From Dicyema japonicum (lineage: Eukaryota; Animalia; Dicyemida): 64,000 nt of DNA. Shown here one piece after another: positions 51,244 to 63,199 of the stretch (the first letter of the stretch is position 1; every line of letters starts with the position of its first letter). Location: the NCBI GenBank assembly GCA_011109175.1, contig RDEW01000023.1, positions 556,089 through 620,088 of the forward strand, in the 5' to 3' direction. The notes under the pieces are model-generated. The model did no database searches, was not told where the DNA came from, and saw only the letters and a list, made by a program, of their open reading frames with translations. A program made the translations under genes and the position numbers.

Positions 51244-53962
51244 TTGGCGGAGCTCTGCAGTGGCAGATTCAGTACTGCTACATCTGTGAGTGAACTCAAG
51301 AATATGGCTGTAAGCAAAGAGGGTACTGGTCTAAAGGGGCGAGGACCAGATGACCACAACTGTCAAAGAGAGCACGAGCACCAGAGCTGTGATATGTTGC
51401 ATCTCAAGCATGTTTATGAAATCTGCGCGCAAAATTTTTCTGCAGCGGCAGATGTTTCACTTGAGGACCGTAGATTTACCCGCAAGATCCCTCATTGTAA
51501 GGTTAACGGTGTAGTGTTAACCTGCATCAATAAGGCTGTGGCTTATGCGGTGGAGGCTAAGCCAGTAGGGTCATTGGGTGACATCTCCCTAGTGCTGTAT
51601 GCAGCACAGATCACCTATGAGGAATTGACGGACAAGCCCAGACCACCCAGTAAATGGAGGGAGCAGATCTGTGCCAAGATTGCTTGGAGACAGACTGAGC
51701 TGGAAGCACTGGAGGGACACATAAGTAGTGTGGCGAGAGGTGTTAGAGGAAAAGCACCGGCTATAGTAAAGGGGCTAATTAGTAAACTCCGTGTTCCCAA
51801 ATGGGACCTTAAAAAGTTGAGGAGGGCAAAGGTGGAGTTAGAGGGAGCAATAATGGTGTATAAGAAAAAACTCTATACACATGAAAGTCGGTGTAAGAGA
51901 AGGAGAGAAAATAATCTGTTTGAGTTTAATCGCAAATTGTTTTACCGTCGCCTACACGAAAATGGCCATAGTGTATGTTCCCAGGAGGACGCGGAAATGC
52001 TTTCCACATGGGGTAGTATGTGGGAGGCTAAACCACGCAGAGGAAATGCGTGGAATGTCCCGTACAGCGCCGCTCCTTTCTTGGCGGAATTTTCGAATTC
52101 GCAAGAAATTTTGAGGCGGTAGTGAGACATCTCCCTGATTGGAAAACGACCGGGGTCGATAAAGTGTATAATTTCTTTATTAAAAGATGCACTTCATTGC
52201 ACGAGTCTATGTGTCGTGTATTACAGAAAAGCATCACTAACCCGGAGACGATTCCTTATTGGGCATGCACGGGACAACTTATTTGATCCCAAAGCTGGAT
52301 AACCCCCAGTCTGCGGCAGATTATCGACCGATAACCTGCATGCCAAACCTGTATAAACTAATGACCAAATTGGTGGCTAATGAGGTCAGGAGTTTTGTAG
52401 AAGCAAGTGGGATTCTCTCCGAGAATCAGTTGGGTACTGTGCGAAATTGTCAGGGGGCAAAAGAGCAGGCTTTGATCAACAATTTCCTTTCTGTGTCTCA
52501 CGGAAACTCACTTTTGTCTATGTGGGTGGATGTGAAGAAGGCTTACAATTCAGTTGATCATTCTTACCTTGTCGAGTGCCTACAAAGTCTGTGTATGCCT
52601 GTGTGGTTCATCAGCTTTGTAGTTGCTGTGATGAATAGGTGGAGTATTCATCTGAAATATAATAGGCACCGGATAGGCGAGGTAAAACTCAAGAGAGGGA
52701 TTTTTCAGGGAGATAGCATGTCTCCGCTGCTATTTGTTCTCTATTTGAAGTTATTGAGTCGCCATCTCAATGACCTGTTGGATCAATTATCAGTTCATTG
52801 TGAGGGGGTTTGTTTCACCTTCTTTTTATCGATGACTTAAAGATGCATGCTCGAACAGCAGAGGAGCTCTAGTCCATGGTGGTTTATGCCAGGGAATTCT
52901 TTGAGAGTATAGGACTAGAATTGAATTATTCAAAGTCTGCGACTAACACGCAAGTATGTAGCGAGTTAGTAAGATTCCTAGAGGAATACAATGGATATAA
53001 GTATCTGGGTTTCACCGAAACTACAAAATTCCTTATAATACCTGAGACAAATCGACAAATTACTGAAAGCATTCGTAAAAGATCAGCGTTATTATGTAAG
53101 ACGTCTCTAAATGTGAGGAATTTGTTCCTTATATTAAATGAGTATGTTGTCTCGCTGCTAAACTACTACATAGGTGTTGTGAAGTTTGAGCCCAAAGAGT
53201 ATGATGAGATGGATGATCCATGGAGTATTCAAAGAGAATTATGTCCATGTGCTGGCAGCCAATAAGAAGAGACTATATTTACATGTGATAAATTCGGCCG
53301 TGGACTGTGTGGAGTAGTCCAACTGAGTGAGCGTATCTTAATGCGAATGCACGACACCCTGATAGCTCGATCAAGTGCGTCTGCTAGGAAACAAGCCATA
53401 ATAACGACCGAGAAAACACGGGCAACCCATCTAGGCACTATCAGACCTTTTTTGTCTGCTAAGTATGGTGTTGATGATGGTGGGCTAGTAAATGTGAAGG
53501 CGTTGATCGAACTACAATATAATAATTTAATTGAAAAGATCAACTTAAAAGCCTTCAAAAGGTCCTTTTTAGAGCATTGGACAACCCACATGTAGACCTT
53601 AAGTCGTCGACAATATGGTAAAATACGGTGACAACTCACCTCGGAAGTCAAGGAGCATGTCGGTTAATCATTTAGCCACTCTGTGCGGATCCATGCTCTA
53701 CCACGACTATGTGTGGAGGCATAACGAGGTAGTAAGGAGTCTTCATCTTCTATGCAATAAGTATGGTATTCGCCACACCAGAAAGTTGCGGACTCATAAG
53801 GTGCAATCTGTAGTAGAGAACAGCAGGGTCCAAATTAAGGTAGACAGTGTTATCCGTACCTCGGTGCTAGTCAAGCACAATAAACCGGACATTGTGGTAC
53901 ACGATAAGGAGTCTGGCCAAGTCCCTATCATAGAGGTTGGCATTGCGTCTTCAATCGATTAA
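51244..53962 (+). mobile_element. Near full-length R4/Dong-like RLE non-LTR retrotransposon, frameshifted and 3'-truncated
   Basis: WKTTGVDKVYNF, GTTYLIPK, YRPITCMPNLYK, VDVKKAYNSV, QGDSMSPLLF, FIDDLK, HLATLC...RHNEVV, HNKPDIVVHDK, IIEVGI. Confidence 0.9.
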
Positions 53963-54366
53963 TGAAATAGCAATCGTCCACGTAAATAATTACTGTCTTA
54001 TTATTTCGTATAAAAGAATAATGGTAACAACGAGCACACAAATATACACTCAGATTTGGAGTTTATTAAATAGATATGGGGAATATTGTACTTTTTGTAT
54101 AGACAGTCTCGATAGTTAAGCATTATTGGGTATAAAGAAAGCTTAATTGACTTAAATGCATTATTTCTGAATGTGCGTTATGTGAATGGAAATAATCGAC
54201 AAATATTCAAAATATGTTAGGTGGAGTCTATTTTTAGAATTTTCTATTGTTTTATGTATATTTTCACTGAATCTCTAGTTATAATCTCAGAGTTAGGGAG
54301 AAAGTAGTGAAGCAATAAATAACTATGAAATGTGGAAAATTAAATGATCAAAGAAAATAGAAAAAA

Positions 54367-55456
54367 TTAAAGTTTATTAATGCTACTAATTAAACTTTTT
54401 CCGCTATCTTTCCTTTTTCTGCTTTTCAAGTGTTTAAATAAGTAGATTTTTCGTTTTCGTATTTTACTAATTCTAAATTATTAATCAAGAATACAATATG
54501 AGGAAGAGTGTTGTAAGCAATACGATCAAACTGATACCCGTAATTATCCATACAATTAATGTTTGATAACTACCAATCTTTACCCCATTTTGAGTGGTTT
54601 GCGAGTCATTCGAGGCATTCAAAGCCAACTTCTCTGACTTAAACGAATTGCGTCTTATTAAATCTCCCCCTATCATATGATTGTCTATGTTTTTTGAGGG
54701 TTGACGAGCTGAAATAGATTTCGATAAATTTTTTGTTGAGTTTTGAATTGACCTCGATAATTCCACTGTAGTTGTTTGTTTTGTTGAAAGTGTTTCAGTT
54801 GGTTTTGTAGGTTCTATATTCGCTGTAGATGTTTCAAGAGTAGAAGTTGACTCGGTACTTTTTGGATCAAAAATTGTAAAAATTTTACTTGAATTAGCTT
54901 TCTCTGACTTAGTTCCCGTTGTTAATGTAGAAATATTCGATGAGTATGTTGATTTTTCAAACCCAACAGGTCTAGGCAGGGCTGGAGATTTAGGTGGCAA
55001 TCCTATAAATTCAAAAGTGAAATAACTGTATTGGCAGATAAATCCATGTTTAATATTGTTTGGTTCACAAATACATTGAGATATTAGCCATTTTGATTTT
55101 TTTTCTGTAATGCAACGGCAAGGATTTATTATGTTCCTGTAGCGTCCCATTATATTGTCTATACAATAAACTTTTTTATTTAAATTTAATTTTGTTAATA
55201 AGTCCGTAATGGACATAAAAACATTATTTTTGTTTACTATTGCCTGAAAATAAGATCGAAAATTACAAGCCATCCTCCATGACGTTGGCATGAGTGAAAT
55301 GATACATAACAATCATAAGAATCTTCTTTCACAGAATAGCATTTTCCATCAATTTTCAAATCTCCTGAAGGGTTACTGAAGTAGTTAGGACATTGACAAG
55401 AAACTATAATAAAAACTAAAACAACCAGCTATAATTAATGCTTGAAAAGCAATCAT
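54367..55456 (-). CDS. C-type lectin domain / Ser-Thr-rich mucin-like stalk / single-TM surface protein (4 introns of 22-24 nt)
   Basis: Spliced: MIAFQALIIAVSCQCP...DGKCY...CQRHGGWLAIV...KWLISQC...GFICQY, S/T stalk, TM LIVWIITGISLIVLLTTLFLIL, basic tail ISKIRKRK; the 3' end is less certain. Confidence 0.78.
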
Positions 55457-55839
55457 TAATAGTTCAATGACATTTTATTATAAATTCTAATATTATTTTT
55501 ATTTTTTCTATTTTATATATTATTTTAAAAAATAACATATTTTTATTTTATTTATCAACAAATCTAAAAATCTTGTTTCTTATTTATTAATGATCTATCA
55601 TTATTTAACGTTTTGTCATTTTATTTTATATGTATTATATGCCATTAACCTTCGATCAGTTATTACTTCATTTAATTTTATTAAAATAGACATTATTATA
55701 AGATATATAGTTATAATTAATATTAAATGACCTTTGACCTTGGTTTACCAGAAGATATATATTTGGCATTCTTTTAGTAACATCTACTATTGCCAGATAA
55801 TCACAAATTATACATCTTTTCTTCGCATGGTTATGTTCG

Positions 55840-56290
55840 TCTTTATTATTATCAAAAGCACTTTCACAGAACCAAAGAACGTTACATTAACTAAAGTCCC
55901 GTTTGCTTCACTAGGCGTCTACTTTGTGCATCTGTCCGTAGATCTTATAGCTCTTGTGCATATTTAAGTTTTCTTCCAATCCATTAAGATCCTTGTTCAG
56001 ATCCACGGGTAGAGTGACTTTGGGTCTTCCTCTGAACGATGGTTTGTTCTCATTGTTAAAGTAATTGTCCATTATTATATTTGCAGGGGCGTTTATGTCT
56101 ATTCTAAGCACGTGCCCAAACAGTCTCAATCTTGATTCAATAATGTCAATTCTTATTGGCCTCGATTGTGCCACAGAGTATAATTTTTTATTTGAAATCT
56201 TTTTGGGGCAACCTAGACCCATTAAATTGCGTAATTGTTTTCTATGAAATATATCCATTTTTCTTGAGCTCTAGCTCCTTGACCCCCGTG
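55840..56290 (-). mobile_element. RTE-like 3' fragment
   Basis: FHRKQLRNL...RLRLFGHVLR...FRGRPKVTLP; AAAGCACTTTCAC terminus with TTA tail. Confidence 0.8.
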
Positions 56291-56599
56291 TACCCCAGTG
56301 TGAAGAGATCATTCGACATGTGTTGAAATAGACATAATAATTCAAGAACCACATCACCAGTTCAACCAAATGTTCGTCTTTTCCAATACAATATTCTCTA
56401 AAAACGATCGCATTTGCTATTTCGTTAATTTTATTTGTATTACAGGAAAAACCTGTATTGGTTGCAACTTTATTTGAATAAAAATCATGAATATTTTGCG
56501 ATTATCAGCAGTTATTTATTAAGTTATTTTATCCTTTGTCATAGTTTAACTTTAAGTTTTTAAAAAATTCTATATTTTTTCCAATTGATTAATGATCCT

Positions 56600-56780
56600 T
56601 GAAAATTCTAATAAGCGAGATCGGAGGCAGCTCTGAATGCGTGGCTATTCCCTATTAAAATGGCGTGCGAGTTTCAATCAAATAATCAACAGCGCTCACG
56701 GGAATCTCCTGTTCGTGCAGAAATCTGATTTCCTAGATGACTCAAAAATTCTAGCGTCGCGGGGAAAGAGAACAACACAT
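56600..56780 (-). mobile_element. CRE-like 3' end fragment
   Basis: EFLSHLGNQISARTGDSRE...ILIGNS. Confidence 0.55.
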
Positions 56781-57599
56781 CTCAATAGTGAGAGAATCAA
56801 ACAAAAATCCTAGGGTAGAACCGTGAACTTTGCCCTTGTTAACTTCTCGACCTACTTTCTTAAAATAGGCTAAAGAGACACTCTGGAAGTTATTTTATTG
56901 ACAAAATTCAATGTTTGAACTATGATTAACTTGGCTTGTAATTTCCATCACTGCCGAAATAAGGAATATTCTTATCAATTTATTGAAAACGACATTCTTC
57001 AGGCATAGATTTTAAATAACGCACACGAACTTGTGTTTGCATGAAATTTAATTGTTTTCAGATAGCTTGTAATAAATTTAGAAGAGTAGTCGTATTGGAT
57101 TTATGCAATAGGTTCATAGCATTTCTTAAAATTGGTTCATAGAGGCAAATCTTCAGAGATCTCGAAGCTTAGCTGTAACTAAATCGCTTATACAGTTTAT
57201 CCTTCACATTGTTTTTAAGGAAGAACTTTCGATGTCACAACACTTAGACTAAGCCAAATACGTTAAAATCCTAGCCATCAATTTTGTTGTACAGAAGACG
57301 ACTTCAACCAAAAAATGGTAATAATTCCTACTGATTTCTAAAAATATCTTAATTAAGGAGACCGAAAATGCGATTTTTCTCGAATCTCCGATATACCATT
57401 AAAAAATATCAATTTTTTGCAAGAAAAAATGATTCTGTTCAACTTTTATCGCACTATTTTCATCTCACGCCTTGTTTCCCTTTTTTTCTTCTGGCATCTT
57501 TTTGTTTCACGAATATGAATCCCTGAGAACCATCACAAACGACGAATAGATTGGTGCATAATAATACTCACTATTTAATTTTTTATAAACCAACTTAAA

Positions 57600-58230
57600 T
57601 TAACGCAAAAACTGACAGTTAACAACGGCTGAATTCTCTCATAATTGAGGAAACATTTCCCCTGACGATTTGCAAGGGAATGCGGTAAATGAACCAACTC
57701 CTTTTTCTCCTATAATTTTTTTCCTGGCTATGAGCGAGCCAATTCTGTTTAGCAGGGCCAGTGACCTGTTTCTTATGATTCCTGGCGTTTCTACGGAGAC
57801 TAGTTAAAAATGAACTGTCCACCAAGACATGCGTATTTCTTTATCTTTAGGATCTCAGCCTTCTCCGAAGGAGAGCCTGGGTTAGTTACTGTCGTTACAA
57901 GGTTGGAAAGAGAGAGGCTATCGACACAGGTGGCGTCCCATGCAAGGTATATTCCGCTTTCCAATGAAAAGAGAGTAGTTCCGTCCGGTCTTTGGTTGGC
58001 TGGGACGAGTCCTAGGGACCAGACTGCCCGAGCCATGCATTTCAATGGTTCAGCGTCCGATCGGTTAAATTAGCGTAGGATCTGGCGTGTGAGACCACTG
58101 GAAGCATATGTCGAAGATAGAAAGGCCGGAAGGGCGAGTTCTAGTGGTGAGCGTATTCCGATTCCTCCGTAGCGAAGAGGTAGTTTGCATTAGCCAGTTT
58201 TATCAAAAGGAATGTTGAGCGTTTTTTCAA
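57600..58230 (-). mobile_element. CRE-like RLE domain and 3' end
   Basis: QRPDGTT...LAWDATCVDS...EKAEILKIKKY; LQIVRGNVSSI. Confidence 0.85.
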
Positions 58231-58721
58231 TGGCTGTATATTTGATTAACCAAATTTACAATATTCACATTTTCAAACAAAATCAATTTTTTGCTTTTCG
58301 TAGCAAATATGACATTTTTACTTTGAATGAACGCCGTCTTTGATTCAGTGCCTTTAAAGCCTTTTGATTTTATTTCTCATCTCTTTTCTTAACGGACATA
58401 TGGGAGGTCAAAAGCATGAGGTTTTCTAAATTGGCATACTATTATACATGCAATAGTCTGAATTCGAATCCTGAATAACCCAATTATAGTGGTACTTTGA
58501 TTATAAATGCATGCTCTGCGAAGAACGACATGATTATTTGTTTATTTTCAAATATGTCTCGAGCGCTGAGAGTGATCCATCAATGTCAAAAATAAAAATA
58601 ATCTATTATATTAAAGTTAACAAAAATGCTAAGCACTTCTGCGTTGACATAAGCACGTAAAATTCCTAGGGTTTCGCTGGTGCAGAACACACACTTTATT
58701 TAAGTAAATTAATAGATTAGA

Positions 58722-58935
58722 GGGAGAACCAAGGAATGCTGTTCACTTTTTTGTTTTCTTTTTTTTGGGTGTATGTCCCTTTAGACTATTTAGTTCCACA
58801 GTGAATCTCCACTGATGACGGCGTCACTCGTCAAGCCCTTTTAGAATCGTAGATGCGTGGAAACTTCCACCAGGTGAACAGTAGAGAGATTCGAACCCGT
58901 CACCTAAACACTGCGACACCGGCTACAAAAGTGCA
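58722..58935 (-). mobile_element. tRNA-derived SINE-like element
   Basis: A-box-like TGTCGCAGTGT, B-box GGTTCGAATC, structured body, A-rich tail; second copy at 862-1065. Confidence 0.55.
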
Positions 58936-59169
58936 AATTAAATATTATTTTCAATGATATTGATTTTTTGTCGTTGTGAATGAACCACTCCCATCTTTCT
59001 ATTCATTTTTTTAATAATCGAGAGGTTTTACTTGTGTTCTTCCAGCGTACCCACGGCTTTCCTGTATCGACGACGATCATCTTTCATTAAGAGTTGAAGA
59101 TGGGTAGGTTTTTCTCCCTATTTACGTGTATTTGAGGCTTCTAGTCTTAAATGGAAGACACGACTTGTC

Positions 59170-61264
59170 TCATGACCACTCAGACCGATGAAACCGGAGC
59201 CGTTGTTTTTGATTGAGGCGTGATCAAGAATTGGGGGAAAGATCGGCAGGTAGATTTGTTTGACGTGCAAGTTTGCCTGTTAGAGAATTGATCTTGTATA
59301 AATTGGATATTGAAACTCCATAAGCACATGAGGTACAAGCATATTCTACCGTCGGTTTTAGAAATTAATTGTACAAGATGACAGCGCATTCTCGTGACGG
59401 CCTGGATTTTAAGAGCGGTTTTATTATATTCAGTTTCTTGAGATCCTTTGTCATAACGTTCTTCACATGTTGAGAAGATGTCATTAAAAGGTCAAAAGTC
59501 ACTCCCAGAATAGTTGGATGAATCTGTAAAGGTAAAGAGTATCCATATATGCTCAAATCCAGTGTATATTTTTTTCTGTCTGTGGTGAAGATAGTATACG
59601 TTGAATTATCCCTGAATATGCAGAGACGATTCAAATTCAACCAGGCTCCCAGGTCATCAATATGTGAGTGAAGCTCTAATTTTGCCATATCCACTTATTT
59701 GCTCTTACTAGCGATTAATTAAGTCGTTAGCATATGTGAGAAGCATTGAATCTGGTCCTCCAACGCAGGGTAAATCGTTTAGGAATTAATTGAATAACGC
59801 AGGAGAGAGGGGCGATCCTTAAGGGACCCCATTTGGTACAAGACGGGACCTCGATCTTGCATGGCCTATATAGACAAGTCTTCTTCCGGAAAAAAATTGG
59901 CTATTCATTTTTTCAAAGTCAGCTGAATGGTGGTGTCAAAAACTTTTTCGTGAGTAATGTTCTCGGGACAGAATCAAACGCCTTCTGGGTGTCCAAAGAG
60001 ACCAATATTGTCCGTAGATGGCGTTTCGGTTCGTTGAACCCTTCCGATATAAATTGAGACAGTGAAATCAAATGTGTCGTAGTTGAACACTCACATTCAG
60101 AACCATGTTGGAAGTGGCAGTCGCCCAAATGGGGTTTAATTTTCCATAGTACGAGTTTCTCCATTAGGCGCGATAATACGCACGTCAATGAAATGAGGAG
60201 ACGCTTCTCCGAGTCCAGAGTAGGCTTGTAAAATTTGTAAACTGCACGTGGGACAAACAACTTATCAGCTCGAAGGATTACATGGTTTAGATGGTCCACT
60301 GCTTTGTCGATGGAGCAAAATGAGCTGGGATCAAAATGTATTAGGTTATGGTCAATGAAGAGCTTGAAATTTGACAGTCAGCTTTCTTGTAGACCTTGAA
60401 GGTCGCTTTTTTTACGTGAGTTATTGAATCGGCTCAGTTTTATTATAATCGGATTATGATCACTATGAAATCGTAGGAGACGTTCCATGAAATCTTCGGG
60501 GCAATCCTAGAGAAGGTAAAGGATATGTCGGGGGGAGGTTAGGTTGTCATTTCTTCGGACTGGTGTCCTTAGAAGATGTTCGGGTGATTCAGAATCGCCA
60601 TTTTTTCGAGAGAGTTGATAATTAGACTCCCCCTCTTGTCTGCTGACTGGGTATTGAACCATTGCGGATGTTTGGCGTTGAAATCCTTACATAGTAAAAC
60701 ATTTCGAATTTCGTACTGTTTGTCGAGCTTCGGAACATAGTTATTAGGACAGGATCCCGACGGGGAATGTAATTGTTGATTAGAATATGATGTACTGACC
60801 AATTAATAAGATCAATTGAAATTTGTTCCGCGGTCCTGTCGTAGGACAGGATCCCGGCGGGGAATGTAATTGTTGATTAGAATATGATGTACTGACCAAT
60901 TAATAAGATCAATTGAAATTTGTTCCGCGGTCCTGTCGTGTAAAATTAAATCATCCACTTGCGAGCTCACATCATGGATGGATAAACCGTTTTTAATAAT
61001 GGTAAGTATGCCCCCACCACGTCCAATACGGTCTTTCTGATAGAGATGTATTTAGGAAAACGTGGGGTTGTACTCTTTGTAGAACGTTTCGACTCCTGGA
61101 TAAGGCAAATGTTACTCTTGTGCTTCGATGATAGACAACGTAACTCCAGAATCTTTGTTTTATACCGTTAGCATTGAGTTGCATAATAACAAGGAGGTTT
61201 TTGGTCCTGGGTTTTGTTCAATATCTCCAGAAAGCAATAGAATCCAGAGGAACAAACAACATCT
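59170..61264 (-). mobile_element. Ingi-like/I-group LINE: 2A peptide, APE, RT, post-RT domain (degenerate)
   Basis: LWILLLSGDIEQNPGP; MQLNANGI; DFNAKHPQW; SLDTQKAFDSV; VPQGS-like; ILGVTFD; KPTVEYAC. Confidence 0.85.
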
Positions 61265-61354
61265 CGAGTCTCCAGTTAAAACTTAACCAACAAAAATTGG
61301 TGTAAATCTTTTATAAAATACTTTCACACATAATAATTATTACCTAAGATTAAT

Positions 61355-61559
61355 CTCTATTAGTATTATTATTATTATTACCCCCAGGATCACTGGGTCA
61401 AAGAGAAAGAAATAAAAGTTCTCATCTAACTAAGTGATCCCAGACCGACAAAAGTGCTCTATTAGTATTATTATTATTATTACCCCCAGGATCACTGGGT
61501 CAAAGAGAAAGAAATAAAAGTTCTCATCTAACTAAGTGATCCCAGACCGACAAAAGTGA
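61355..61559 (-). repeat. Two ~102-bp tandem copies of a retroelement-like 3' end with hairpin and (TAA)n tail
   Basis: GGATCACT...AGTGATCC inverted repeat followed on the minus strand by GGGGG(TAA)5. Confidence 0.45.
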
Positions 61560-61608
61560 AGACGAGTCCGGCGGGGTCGAGAATCCTGAACAGCTCTTCT
61601 CATAGGAA

Positions 61609-62900
61609 ATGGCATCGGCTCACTATCACGATGGACCTAAAAAGAGAAGAGGCTACTGCCCAAAGGTCTATGTTATTCCAAACCTATCAAGATTGGCCAT
61701 CTACGATGAGATCATCATATTTGGAGATTTAAACGCAATGCATCCATTATGGTTGTCAACCCAACAAGCCGACACGAGAGGGAAGCAATTGTTTTTGAAA
61801 ACGGACTCCCTAACGATACTGAATGACCCAGCGAAATATACAAGGACCTCACGCAGAGAGACGGATCAGCCTATCTATTTCGACGTGACATTCTGCTCCT
61901 CATCACTTTCATCGAAAATCACTTGGTCTGTCTTTTACAAAACAAGAAGCGATCATAACCCGATTGTGAAGATCAAGAGAAAAGTCAAAATAAAGAGAAC
62001 ACCTACAAGTTATATTACAAAAACTGCTAATTGGGAATTGTATCGCACAATCTCGGAAGATAAACTGAAGAATTGTTACTTGGACAGCTTCAAATCGCTA
62101 GAAAAAGCGATCAAATGCTTTACTTGCACAATCCTAGAAGCAAGATCATTGGCTATTCCCAAGCATTGTCTAAATTTCTCTAATGGTCGTGGGAAGTCGG
62201 TATTGATTAAAAAATAAATAACCTCAAAAAATCTAATTGGATGAAATTAGAAACGAAACTCCGGATCAGAGCTCTAAACAACGAAATAAATGCCAGAGAG
62301 TTCAAGTCCCAGAAATTGAAGTGGAATCGAATTCTTACAAAGGTAAATCGCAACCGTAGTACAGAAGTGTGGAAAGCCATACGAAATGTTGAAAAAACTT
62401 CCCCCGAGGATGATTTTACTCAACGAGACGTTAACAATTTGATAAAATTCTAAACAAAAATTTCGTACAAAGAACACAGGAAGTCGGAAGTGCTTCTCTC
62501 TTCACGCAGAAAACTGAGAAGGATTTTATCCCAGTTTACTTCTCGAATGAAGACGTGAAGAATACGCTGCGTTTTAAAGAACAACGTACTCTGCCGGTCC
62601 CGACAACATTAAAGTAGTGTTATTGAAGAACCTTGGAGATGTAGGAGTAGGTTTTCTAACGTCGAATTTCAAACTATTCAATTAATTAGATTGTAATACT
62701 GTTGTAAGGAAGCAAGCCAACATCCGACCTATGTTGAATCCTGGAAAACCTAAGGAAGATCCGGCATCATTTAGACCTGTGTCATTGTTATGTTCCGATC
62801 GAAATACTGGAGAGACTTGTGCTTGGGAGAATCAAGGCTTTCTTACCAGAAAAGAATTTTCAACGCGGATTCAAAAGGGATTATTTTACATCAACGTACC
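61609..62900 (+). mobile_element. APE plus RT N-terminus of an Ingi-like LINE (5'-truncated, degenerate)
   Basis: IIFGDLNAMHPLW, TILNDP, FDVTF, SDHNPI; AGPDNI; NPGKPKEDPASFRPVSLL. Confidence 0.8.
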
Positions 62901-63199
62901 TACAGAAATCAGGGTTGTTAAAAATCATGATTATTATCAAAAAATCGGAAAAATCTGATTTTTTGATTTAAGCAATATTTTTTGATTTAAATCAGATTTT
63001 TTGAACTAAATGATTTTTATTCGGAAACAATCAACGAGAAGGGCTATGGCTAAGACAAAAGATTGGAATAGCCATACTCCGAGGGAACTCGTTCGCAATC
63101 CACGCAGCAGGCTTCCTCAACTGACATTTGTTTAATTGTTAAAAAAAAAAAAAAAACAAAGTAAAATAAAAGTAAAAACTATGGAAATCGTATTTATTT

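Noticed and set aside
1001-61560. Many 40-230 bp near-identical tandem duplications (1001-1240, 1423-1660, 3485-3830, 3970-4300, 18330-18560, 18630-18900, 22330-23560, 36673-36880, 37106-37290, 50940-51030, 60750-60940)
   Set aside because: Several straddle a single N (1118, 4129, 22560, 23318) or flank N gaps and differ by a few SNPs, as expected for overlapping contig ends or haplotypes; they are not CRISPR or satellite arrays
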